From a virus, in IMG/VR virus record IMGVR_UViG_3300044617_001156: a stretch of 64,000 nt of DNA. The stretch is one strand, 5' to 3'. Positions within the stretch are counted from its first letter, which is position 1; the number at the start of each line of letters is the position of its first letter. Shown here piece by piece: positions 1 to 7,552 of this stretch. Both the position numbers and the translations under genes were made by a program. The notes under the pieces are model-generated. The model was not told the origin of the DNA and made no database searches. It saw only the letters and a list, made by a program, of their open reading frames with translations.

Positions 1-123
1 ATGTCTCATAATAATCAACATCATCCTATGGAACCCTGGGTCATTTGGGCAGGTGTAGGTATGATGGTATTCACAGTTCTTGTGTTTGTTTTATTCACTC
101 TTGGGCAGATTTACTGGGGATGA
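1..123 (+). CDS. Small single-pass membrane protein (40 aa, MSHNNQHHPMEPWVIWAGVG...)
   Basis: ATG at 1, TGA at 121-123; long hydrophobic stretch; below the ORF-track cutoff; start at the window edge is uncertain. Confidence 0.55.
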   Translation: MSHNNQHHPMEPWVIWAGVGMMVFTVLVFVLFTLGQIYWG

Positions 124-136
124 GAATTAATACTCA

Positions 137-186
137 TTGACCTCTTTGTTAACATATGTTAACATAAATATGTAAAGTAATGTAAA
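137..186 (+). promoter_or_regulatory. psbD promoter: sigma70-like TTGACC-N17-TAACAT, overlapping late-type ATAAATA, and an HLR1 (RpaB)-like direct repeat at 169-186
   Basis: -35 at 137-142, -10 at 160-165; minus strand of 169-186 reads TTTACATT-AC-TTTACATA. Confidence 0.6.
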
Positions 187-193
187 GGGGGCT

Positions 194-1258
194 ATGACTT
201 CTTCTGTTTTACAGACACCCTCCCAATCACAGCGTGGATGGTTTGATGTCCTTGATGATTGGTTGAAAAGGGACAGATTTGTGTTCGTAGGTTGGTCTGG
301 CCTACTTTTATTTCCAACAGCATACCTCGCACTTGGTGGGTGGCTTACTGGAACGACATTTGTATCTTCGTGGTATACGCACGGTATTGCTTCCAGTTAT
401 TTGGAAGGATGTAATTTTTTAACATCCGCAGTATCAACCCCCGCAGATGCTATGGGTCATTCTCTTCTTCTACTTTGGGGTCCTGAGTCTCAAGGGGATT
501 TCGTCAGGTGGTGCCAACTTGGGGGACTCTGGACTTTTGTGGCACTCCACGGGGCCTTTAGTCTGATTGGATTCATGCTGCGTCAGTTCGAGATTGCACG
601 ACTGGTAGGTATCCGCCCTTATAATGCGATTGCATTCTCTGGTCCGATTGCAGTATTCGTTTCCGTATTCTTGATGTATCCACTGGGACAATCCAGTTGG
701 TTCTTTGCTCCATCCTTCGGTGTAGCAGCAATCTTCAGGTTCCTACTATTCTTACAAGGTTTTCATAACTGGACTCTTAACCCTTTCCATATGATGGGAG
801 TTGCTGGTATACTAGGTGGAGCACTTCTCTGTGCTATTCACGGAGCAACTGTAGAAAATACGCTGTATGAAGATGGCGAGCAAGCAAATACATTCAAAGG
901 ATTTGAACCAACTCAAGAAGAAGAAACCTACTCGATGGTTACTGCTAATAGATTCTGGTCTCAGATTTTTGGTATTGCTTTCAGTAATAAGCGTTGGCTT
1001 CATTTCTTTATGTTGTTTGTGCCTGTTATGGGTCTCTGGACCTCCAGTATCGGTATTATTGGTCTTGCCCTTAACCTTCGTGCTTACGATTTTGTTTCTC
1101 AGGAAATTCGTGCAGCGGAGGATCCTGAATTTGAAACTTTCTATACGAAGAATATTCTACTAAATGAAGGACTTCGTGCTTGGATGGCACCAGTAGACCA
1201 GCCACACGAAAATTTTATATTTCCAGAGGAAGTTCTACCTAGGGGCAACGCACTCTAA
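194..1258 (+). CDS. psbD: Photosystem II D2 protein
   Basis: [21 protein letters not shown]...[10 protein letters not shown]; intact 354 aa, no intron. Confidence 0.99.
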   Translation: MTSSVLQTPSQSQRGWFDVLDDWLKRDRFVFVGWSGLLLFPTAYLALGGWLTGTTFVSSWYTHGIASSYLEGCNFLTSAVSTPADAMGHSLLLLWGPESQGDFVRWCQLGGLWTFVALHGAFSLIGFMLRQFEIARLVGIRPYNAIAFSGPIAVFVSVFLMYPLGQSSWFFAPSFGVAAIFRFLLFLQGFHNWTLNPFHMMGVAGILGGALLCAIHGATVENTLYEDGEQANTFKGFEPTQEEETYSMVTANRFWSQIFGIAFSNKRWLHFFMLFVPVMGLWTSSIGIIGLALNLRAYDFVSQEIRAAEDPEFETFYTKNILLNEGLRAWMAPVDQPHENFIFPEEVLPRGNAL

Positions 1259-1268
1259 AAATAAATAT

Positions 1269-1294
1269 AAGGAGTTCTCTGAACTCCTTTTTTT
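1269..1294 (+). terminator. Rho-independent terminator after psbD
   Basis: aaggagttc-tct-gaactcctt followed by a T run. Confidence 0.85.
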
Positions 1295-1369
1295 ATGTTC
1301 CTCATCCTCCTCTTTTTCCAACTCTTTGGAATTTTTATGTTCATTATGTCTATCGCACAAGACCTATGA
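1295..1369 (+). CDS. Possible 24-aa hydrophobic micropeptide (MFLILLFFQLFGIFMFIMSIAQDL)
   Basis: ATG..TGA fills the gap between the terminator and the next late promoter. Confidence 0.3.
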   Translation: MFLILLFFQLFGIFMFIMSIAQDL

Positions 1370-1397
1370 AATAAATAATCATAAGTCGCAAGCACTT

Positions 1398-1769
1398 ATG
1401 GGCCCTCTCCAGTCGCCTCAAGAATACTTGTTCAATCTACAAGCAACAAGTCAATCGGAAGCAAAACGATTATGGAGAAAACAAATAAAAGAAAGTTGGG
1501 ATCATAAATGTGCTTATTGTGGTTCAGAAGAAGATTTAACTTTAGACCATGTTATTCCACAATCAAAAGGTGGTTTAGATATTACAGGAAATGTGGTATG
1601 TTGTTGCAAATCCTGCAACCAATCTAAAGGACACGAACACTGGAAATTGTGGTATGTTCAACAAGACTTTTATTGTGAAGATAAATTTGATATAATAGAA
1701 GAATGGATGAAACCACCAAAACCCACTAATTTATATTCATATCGTCCAAGAAAAAATATTGTATATTAG
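1398..1769 (+). CDS. HNH endonuclease (freestanding)
   Basis: CAYCG...LTLDHVIPQSKGG...NVVCCCKSCNQSKG; ATG 1398 follows late promoter ATAAATA at 1371. Confidence 0.9.
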   Translation: MGPLQSPQEYLFNLQATSQSEAKRLWRKQIKESWDHKCAYCGSEEDLTLDHVIPQSKGGLDITGNVVCCCKSCNQSKGHEHWKLWYVQQDFYCEDKFDIIEEWMKPPKPTNLYSYRPRKNIVY

Positions 1770-1802
1770 TAAATTTATACATACAACAGTTACTTCATAA
1801 TA

Positions 1803-1964
1803 ATGAAAAACTTATCTCTTTCAGAAGAGCAGATCAAACTTCTTGCTGATGCTCTTTGGATGCGCCAAAGATGTTTTATTGCAGGAGACAAAAGGTTTAA
1901 AGAATATGGAGCATTGCTAGATACACTTCTTGAAGATATGGATTATACTCCTCAAAGATTTTGA
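1803..1964 (+). CDS. Hypothetical protein (53 aa, MKNLSLSEEQIKLLADALW...)
   Basis: Hand-translated ORF tiling between neighbours. Confidence 0.6.
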   Translation: MKNLSLSEEQIKLLADALWMRQRCFIAGDKRFKEYGALLDTLLEDMDYTPQRF

Positions 1965-1965
1965 A

Positions 1966-2091
1966 ATGATTACTTCTACGACATCTCATAAACTTGCAGA
2001 AATCATTAGAGATACTTGGCCTGGACTTTACAGACCACCAGTAAAGACCTATAATAATCAAAAGACCTCAGATAATGAAAAAGTACAATAG
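1966..2091 (+). CDS. Small cyanophage hypothetical protein (41 aa, ...KLAEIIRDTWPGLYRPP...)
   Basis: Hand-translated; starts right after the previous stop; motif resembles small cyanomyovirus proteins. Confidence 0.6.
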   Translation: MITSTTSHKLAEIIRDTWPGLYRPPVKTYNNQKTSDNEKVQ

Positions 2092-2407
2092 TGAAGATTA
2101 CTTTTCAGTGATTGATAAAAAAACTGGAAGAAAGATTGTGGATTGTGCTGAGGAAACAGATGCTCTTATGATGGTTTCTTTTGATCCACAGAATCGCACC
2201 ATTACAAGAAATAAATTTATGATGGGTCCAGTTGTGGACATTGAAATTCCAAAAGCACTTCCCACAAATGAAATTGTTGACCTAGGGGGAAAATGGGAAG
2301 ACCCAATTCCAGAAGGTATTGACCCATACAATCTAAGAGGAAGAGGAAACAAACTCCCACAAATCAAACTTCCCGAAGGACAGGGAATTCCAGTTAATGC
2401 TAAATAA
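2075..2407 (+). CDS. Hypothetical protein
   Basis: ORF track; co-oriented and tiled. Confidence 0.75.
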   Translation: MKKYNSEDYFSVIDKKTGRKIVDCAEETDALMMVSFDPQNRTITRNKFMMGPVVDIEIPKALPTNEIVDLGGKWEDPIPEGIDPYNLRGRGNKLPQIKLPEGQGIPVNAK

Positions 2408-2428
2408 TTTTTCAGTTTATTGATAACT

Positions 2429-2665
2429 ATGAAGTTTACAGTTTATTCAAAAGATGGTTGCCCATATTGCACAAAAGTTCAACAGGTGCTAGAGTTAGCA
2501 GGACTACAACACGTGGTTTACAAATTGAATAATGATTTTACTCGCGATGAGTTTTACTCTGAATTTGGTCAAGGATCTACATTTCCTCAAGTGATTGTAG
2601 ATGATAAACATATTGGTGGTTGTACAGATACTGTTCAATATCTAAAGGAGCAAAATCTAGTTTAA
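2429..2665 (+). CDS. grx: Glutaredoxin
   Basis: CPYC active site, TFPQV, HIGGC. Confidence 0.95.
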   Translation: MKFTVYSKDGCPYCTKVQQVLELAGLQHVVYKLNNDFTRDEFYSEFGQGSTFPQVIVDDKHIGGCTDTVQYLKEQNLV

Positions 2666-3024
2666 TGGAAAATACTCTTCACGAAGTTTATTTCGATGTA
2701 GAAAAAGCAATTGATTATGCTTTCAATGGTCAATTTGTTTTAAAATTTTATGATTATCTAAAAGTTCGTGGAACAAAAAAAGTTGATGTTGAAAAATTTA
2801 TCGAAAGTTCAACTGCCAATGAACTTAACAATCTTGTAATGGATCTTGATGATTATCTTGAAGGTGGTTCTGACGAAATTCATAAACAACTTCGTGAAGG
2901 ATATGGGCATATTCCAAAACCACAAGCAAGAAAAATAAGAAATTACCTTTACGGTATTCTTGAGGATGCCTGGAGATATAATCATGATAAACGACCAGGG
3001 CGACGAAAGAAGCAAACTAAATAA
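2665..3024 (+). CDS. Conserved cyanophage hypothetical protein
   Basis: QLREGYGHIPKPQARKIRNYL; ATG overlaps the grx stop. Confidence 0.8.
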   Translation: MENTLHEVYFDVEKAIDYAFNGQFVLKFYDYLKVRGTKKVDVEKFIESSTANELNNLVMDLDDYLEGGSDEIHKQLREGYGHIPKPQARKIRNYLYGILEDAWRYNHDKRPGRRKKQTK

Positions 3025-3190
3025 TTCAGAACCTCAAATTAATAGAGGTGTTGAGTTATTGCTTAGGAATAGGAGGAGAAAATCATCAAGACCAAAAACT
3101 TTTCAAGTGAAGTTTGGTAAAATGATTTCTCTCCTCCGTAGAGAGTTTCATTTCTTTATAGAATTTCACTTTGATATCAGGAAAAAATAA
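2960..3190 (+). CDS. Hypothetical basic protein (start uncertain)
   Basis: INRGVELLLRNRRRK motif; fills the gap before the next gene. Confidence 0.6.
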   Translation: MRMPGDIIMINDQGDERSKLNNSEPQINRGVELLLRNRRRKSSRPKTFQVKFGKMISLLRREFHFFIEFHFDIRKK

Positions 3191-3208
3191 ACTCTCTGGA
3201 GAAAGCAA

Positions 3209-3442
3209 ATGGAAACAGCATACGTAGTAACATTCATTACAATGTTCACTTTGCTCTTTTTTATGGTCGGTGGTATAATAGGATGGTTAACTTATAGGCA
3301 TGTATTGGAAACAAGACCTCCGTATTTGCATCCAGAATTCTTTGATGAAAATGGTCAGGTAATACCTGATGAAATAGTATCTGTACGATTTGAAAACGAT
3401 TACGATTATGACTACGACGAAGACGAAGAGAGCAACGACTGA
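3209..3442 (+). CDS. Small membrane protein with acidic tail
   Basis: N-terminal TM helix; HPEFFDENG; GGAG RBS. Confidence 0.8.
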   Translation: METAYVVTFITMFTLLFFMVGGIIGWLTYRHVLETRPPYLHPEFFDENGQVIPDEIVSVRFENDYDYDYDEDEESND

Positions 3443-3977
3443 AAAACCGATCGAGACTCTTCCAACAAATCCTTTTGTGTTTGAAGTATTAGAACTCGCT
3501 TCAAAACAAAGGTCTAATTCAAAAAAAGTAGAAGTTCTAAAAACATATGAACATGATGCTTTAAAGTCAGTTTTTATTTGGAACTTCGACGAGAGTGTAA
3601 TCTCTTTACTTCCTGATGGTGAAGTACCTTATGGAGATCTGACTGACCAAAATGTTTATTCTGGAACATTGTCTCAGAATCTATCAAGAGAAGCAGTTGG
3701 TGGAGAATCTGCTACTGGACAAGATCTTGATGGTAGAGGAAAGACATCACTTCGCAGAGAATACCAGAATTTATATCATTATATAAAAGGTGGCAATAAT
3801 ACTTTGACATCTATTCGTAGGGAGATGATGTTTATTAATCTCCTACAAGGTCTTCATCCAAGAGAAGCCGAAGTGTTAATTCTTACTAAAGATAAGAAAC
3901 TCTCAGATAAATACAAAATCACTCTAGATAATGTAAAAGAGGCATACCCAGATATTACTTGGGGAGGTCGTTCGTGA
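3408..3977 (+). CDS. Conserved T4-like phage hypothetical protein
   Basis: RREMMFINLLQGLHPREAEVL motif. Confidence 0.8.
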   Translation: MTTTKTKRATTEKPIETLPTNPFVFEVLELASKQRSNSKKVEVLKTYEHDALKSVFIWNFDESVISLLPDGEVPYGDLTDQNVYSGTLSQNLSREAVGGESATGQDLDGRGKTSLRREYQNLYHYIKGGNNTLTSIRREMMFINLLQGLHPREAEVLILTKDKKLSDKYKITLDNVKEAYPDITWGGRS

Positions 3978-4309
3978 GGACGGTTGTAGCAAAGGAGGAA
4001 GCATTAGTGGAGTGGACACAAGAAGAGAAGAAAAATCTTCCTCCTAGATATGGTTGCGAACTTTTGTTTGAGCGAACTACTCTGCAGCAAATTAAAGATC
4101 CTTCTTTACCAAATGATGCGTACATTGTAGTTTATGAAATTGATGGCAACGCATATATGGATCTCTGCAGAGGAACAAGAGTAAGAATTTTTGACCTTTA
4201 TTATGATAAGTTCGGACCAGGAGCAGTTAAGAAAATTGATTTTGGATACGGAAGAACCAACCCAAAAATCTGGGGATATAAAGCACCTGATAAAAAGAAA
4301 AGAAAATGA
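3959..4309 (+). CDS. Conserved cyanophage hypothetical protein
   Basis: SLPNDAY...IFDLYYD...GYGRTNPKIWG. Confidence 0.75.
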   Translation: MGRSFVRTVVAKEEALVEWTQEEKKNLPPRYGCELLFERTTLQQIKDPSLPNDAYIVVYEIDGNAYMDLCRGTRVRIFDLYYDKFGPGAVKKIDFGYGRTNPKIWGYKAPDKKKRK

Positions 4310-4497
4310 GTGAAGGATTTCAAGATAATAAATTAAAAGTTGGAGTTGAAATTTCTACAGATGAAGTTGGAAAACTCATAAAGCAATATAAAAAAATTAA
4401 AAAATACATGAAGTCTCCTCTGTTTGCTGTGAAGACAATGGATGGAACTGAAAACTATGTGAGTGAACTATTAAAAGAAGCAGAGGAGAATGGGTGA
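4306..4497 (+). CDS. Hypothetical protein
   Basis: ORF track; ATGA overlap with the upstream gene. Confidence 0.7.
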   Translation: MSEGFQDNKLKVGVEISTDEVGKLIKQYKKIKKYMKSPLFAVKTMDGTENYVSELLKEAEENG

Positions 4498-4816
4498 TCA
4501 TTACTTACTAAACTTATTTGGATGCTCGTTTTCCCTTTTGGATGACGAGCGTTATCTTATAGACTTATTAGAAAATGCAGCAGTTGCTAGTGGCGCTACA
4601 GTTGTTCAAACAATCTCAAAAAAGTTTGAACCTCAGGGCGTCACTGTTATTTGTTTACTTTCTGAAAGTCATATTAGTATTCACACTTGGCCTGAGGAAG
4701 GTAAAGCAGCAGTGGATGTATACACCTGCGGTGATTGTAATCCTAAGATCGGGTGTGACATTATAGTTCACCAACTATGTGCAACTGAACACGAATTAAC
4801 TTATATTGAAAGGTAA
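4490..4816 (+). CDS. speD: S-adenosylmethionine decarboxylase proenzyme family (class 1B pyruvoyl decarboxylase)
   Basis: FEPQGVT...LLSESHISIHTWPE...VDVYTCG, with the self-cleavage ESH motif. Confidence 0.92.
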   Translation: MGDHYLLNLFGCSFSLLDDERYLIDLLENAAVASGATVVQTISKKFEPQGVTVICLLSESHISIHTWPEEGKAAVDVYTCGDCNPKIGCDIIVHQLCATEHELTYIER

Positions 4817-4845
4817 TAATAAATATCCTTATATGGAGATCACAT

Positions 4846-5163
4846 ATGCTTTCTACACAATATCGCCTTCGCCTTGAAGCAATTTGCAATAAGATTGCAA
4901 TGCACGAGGAGGTGAGTTTGGAAGATATGATCTGGGCCGAAAAACTTGCAAAGTCAAATAGATCCGCTGCAACTATCTTAAGACAAGCAAGGCGCCGCGC
5001 TTCTAATCCCAATATGCAAGAAGGCAGTCTTGATGACTTTATGAATGCCTTAGATTTAGGTGATCCAGATCCATCAAATCATCGCACAGGATTCAATGGT
5101 GCGGATGATATCATTGATTTCTTTACTGGAGATAAACCAGATGATTGGAGACAAAGAGATTAA
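4846..5163 (+). CDS. Conserved cyanophage hypothetical protein
   Basis: MLSTQYRLRLEAIC...DWRQRD; GGAG RBS. Confidence 0.8.
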   Translation: MLSTQYRLRLEAICNKIAMHEEVSLEDMIWAEKLAKSNRSAATILRQARRRASNPNMQEGSLDDFMNALDLGDPDPSNHRTGFNGADDIIDFFTGDKPDDWRQRD

Positions 5164-5165
5164 AT

Positions 5166-5217
5166 TGTAACATAAGTTACAAAAGAACTTGCCTAACTAT
5201 ACTAACAGGTCTATAAT
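5166..5217 (+). promoter_or_regulatory. NtcA box (tGTA-acataagt-TACa, 5167-5180) followed by sigma70 promoter TTGCCT-N17-TATAAT
   Basis: Exact GTA-N8-TAC with extended palindrome TGTAAC/GTTACA; -35 at 5189-5194, -10 at 5212-5217. Confidence 0.75.
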
Positions 5218-5224
5218 GACCTTA

Positions 5225-5322
5225 CGTTCATCTGGAATACCAGACGGAAGTAAGCCGACGCGGAACGGAACGTTCATTCGCTATTTGCGAATAGCGAACG
5301 CAAACGCCGACTGAAGGAACGC
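5225..5322 (+). ncRNA. Tandem glutamine-riboswitch-like RNA (glnA / Downstream-peptide motif type)
   Basis: Two units CGTTCA-hairpin-...GAACG (5225-5267, 5271-5321); contains GGAAGTAAG and CTGAAGGAACGC; lies in the 5' UTR of a DUF4278 gene. Confidence 0.85.
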
Positions 5323-5353
5323 TCTTTAACCTAAAAAACTAAGGAGAACCCTA

Positions 5354-5491
5354 ATGTCTAAAGTAGTTTATCGTGGTGTAGAGTATGATACTCAAAAGCG
5401 TCTTGAGTATCAACAGCAAATGATGCAGCAATCCCAACAATACAACGAAACCTATCGTGGTGTTAAGTTTGTAAAGGAGGGACACAAATGA
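5354..5491 (+). CDS. DUF4278-family small protein (45 aa, MSKVVYRGVEYD...QQQMMQQSQQYNETYRGVKF...)
   Basis: Two YRGV motifs; AAGGAG RBS at 5341; absent from the ORF track. Confidence 0.85.
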   Translation: MSKVVYRGVEYDTQKRLEYQQQMMQQSQQYNETYRGVKFVKEGHK

Positions 5492-5586
5492 AAAAACTCA
5501 ACTTCCTACAAATCATTAAAGAACAGAAGCAAAAAGAAGAGAGGCGTCGTAAAGCATCTCTTGCTACTCTGGTAGCAGCAAAATAA
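5488..5586 (+). CDS. Small basic peptide (32 aa, MKKLNFLQIIKEQKQKEERRRKASLATLVAAK)
   Basis: ATGA overlap with the DUF4278 stop; AAGGAGG RBS. Confidence 0.7.
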   Translation: MKKLNFLQIIKEQKQKEERRRKASLATLVAAK

Positions 5587-5589
5587 TTC

Positions 5590-5628
5590 AGAGAGGGACT
5601 TGACTCCCTCTCTTTTTTTGTCTATAAT
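5590..5628 (+). terminator. Intrinsic terminator overlapping the next sigma70 promoter (TTGACT-N17-TATAAT)
   Basis: agagaggga-cttgac-tccctctct plus T run; -35 at 5600-5605, -10 at 5623-5628. Confidence 0.8.
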
Positions 5629-5650
5629 TACTTTGTTGGGATTTGTGTAA

Positions 5651-5812
5651 ATGGATAGAGAAAAACTTAAGTTGATTGTACGAAATCTTGAGTCTCTTGT
5701 AGAATGTCTAAAAACTGAGATTGACTCTGATATTAAAGATCCTCAGTATGAGGAAATTAAAAACTTTTTAAACGATTACGACGAAGTATTTTATGACGAT
5801 GATGCCGACTGA
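5651..5812 (+). CDS. Hypothetical protein (53 aa, MDREKLKLIVRNLESLVECLK...)
   Basis: Hand-translated; acidic C-terminus; lies downstream of the promoter. Confidence 0.7.
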   Translation: MDREKLKLIVRNLESLVECLKTEIDSDIKDPQYEEIKNFLNDYDEVFYDDDAD

Positions 5813-6512
5813 ATTTGAATTCATGAAACCAGAAGTAAAACTGATTAGTGTTACTCCTGACGCAGAAAAACATATGGCTTACTGTGCCCGAGTAAGTAAT
5901 CCTGCTAACCAAGAAAATGAAAAGTTCTCTGGATTGCTCAAGTATTGTATCCAGCACCAGCACTGGAGTATCTTCGAACAGGCAACGATGACCGTAGAGA
6001 TCAATACAACTCGCGGTATCGCAGCCCAAATCTTGCGCCATAGGAGTTTCACCTATCAAGAATTTTCACAACGATATGCTGATGCAAGTCTCCTAGGTAA
6101 ATCTATTCCTCTTCCGGAACTACGTCGTCAGGATGATAAGAATCGACAGAACAGCATTGACGATATTCCCGATTATCTGAAACTGACTCTGACTGAAGAC
6201 ATTCGCGTTCATTTTGAGCAAGGTCTACGCCTTTATAATCGCCTTCTGGAGAAAGGTGTAGCAAAGGAGTGTGCTAGGTTTGTATTGCCTCTAGCAACTC
6301 CCACACGCCTCTATATGACTGGTTCTGTGCGCTCATGGATTCATTATATTGATCTTCGTTCTTCGCACGGAACTCAGAAAGAACATATGGAAATTGCGGA
6401 ATTGGTTCGTTGTATCTTCACTTGCCAGTTTCCTGCAGTATCTGAGGCACTTGGTTGGACTCGTGAGGATTGTCCAGAATGTGTTGATGCACCTTCTATT
6501 ACTATTGAATAA
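5793..6512 (+). CDS. thyX: Flavin-dependent thymidylate synthase (start possibly 5823)
   Basis: HWSIFE, QILRHRSFTYQEFSQRY, KECARFVLP. Confidence 0.97.
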   Translation: MTMMPTEFEFMKPEVKLISVTPDAEKHMAYCARVSNPANQENEKFSGLLKYCIQHQHWSIFEQATMTVEINTTRGIAAQILRHRSFTYQEFSQRYADASLLGKSIPLPELRRQDDKNRQNSIDDIPDYLKLTLTEDIRVHFEQGLRLYNRLLEKGVAKECARFVLPLATPTRLYMTGSVRSWIHYIDLRSSHGTQKEHMEIAELVRCIFTCQFPAVSEALGWTREDCPECVDAPSITIE

Positions 6513-6541
6513 ATATCCTTACATACAATGGAGGTGTAACG

Positions 6542-6790
6542 TTGGCAACATATCCAGTTTATAACAAAGTTACTGGTGAGCAAAAAGAAGTTGTTCTCAG
6601 TGTTCATGATTGGGATCAGTGGAAAAAAGATAATCCAAACTGGGATAGGGATTGGAGCGATCCATCTACTTGCCCCAGTGCTGGAGAACTTGGTGAGGTT
6701 TATGATCGTCTCAAAAAATCTCACCCAGGTTGGAACGATGTACTCGCTAAAGCTAGTAAGGCTCCAGGATCAAAAGTAAAACCAGTTTAA
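6542..6790 (+). CDS. Conserved cyanophage hypothetical protein
   Basis: MATYPV...WDQWKKDNPNW...GWNDVL; GGAGG RBS, TTG start. Confidence 0.8.
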   Translation: MATYPVYNKVTGEQKEVVLSVHDWDQWKKDNPNWDRDWSDPSTCPSAGELGEVYDRLKKSHPGWNDVLAKASKAPGSKVKPV

Positions 6791-6799
6791 ATTTTTTAT

Positions 6800-7552
6800 A
6801 TGGCAAGAAGAAGAAGAGAAGATCAACCAATTGGTGTTGGAATGACTGCAAAGCAAATGAAAAGGAAAAAACCAATTGGTTCTGATTTGATGAGAACTAT
6901 TGAACCTCTCACGGATAATCAGAAACTATTATACGAAGCATATGAAAAAAATAAACATATAGTTGCTTATGGATGTGCTGGTACAGGTAAAACGTTCATT
7001 ACACTTTACAATGCTCTTCAAGATGTTCTAGATGAAAGAACTCCTTATGAAAAGATTTACATTGTAAGATCTCTTGTTGCCACTCGTGAGATAGGTTTTC
7101 TTCCAGGAGATCACGAAGATAAATCATCTCTTTACCAGATTCCATATAAGAATATGGTAAAGTATATGTTCCAACTGCCAGATGACGCATCATTTGAAAT
7201 GCTCTATGGAAACCTTAAAACTCAAGGCACGATTAGTTTTTGGAGTACTTCTTTTATTCGGGGAACTACTCTGGATAATGCTATCATTATCGTAGATGAA
7301 TTCCAGAATCTTAACTTCCACGAACTAGATTCTATTATCACTCGTGTAGGTGAGAATAGTAAGATTATGTTCTGTGGTGATGCCACACAATCAGATCTTA
7401 TTAAGACGAATGAGAAGAATGGAATCATTGACTTTATGAGAATTCTTCGTATTATGCCATCTATGGATGTTGTTGAATTTGGTGTTGATGATATTGTTCG
7501 CTCTGGATTCGTTAAGGAGTATATTCTTGCAAAAATGGAAGTCTGCGTATGA
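6800..7552 (+). CDS. phoH: PhoH-family ATPase
   Basis: GCAGTGKT, REIGFLPG, RGTTLDNAIIIVDEFQN, GDATQSD. Confidence 0.96.
   Translation: MARRRREDQPIGVGMTAKQMKRKKPIGSDLMRTIEPLTDNQKLLYEAYEKNKHIVAYGCAGTGKTFITLYNALQDVLDERTPYEKIYIVRSLVATREIGFLPGDHEDKSSLYQIPYKNMVKYMFQLPDDASFEMLYGNLKTQGTISFWSTSFIRGTTLDNAIIIVDEFQNLNFHELDSIITRVGENSKIMFCGDATQSDLIKTNEKNGIIDFMRILRIMPSMDVVEFGVDDIVRSGFVKEYILAKMEVCV

Noticed and set aside
194-1258. Group I intron in psbD
   Set aside because: The reading frame is continuous and of normal length.
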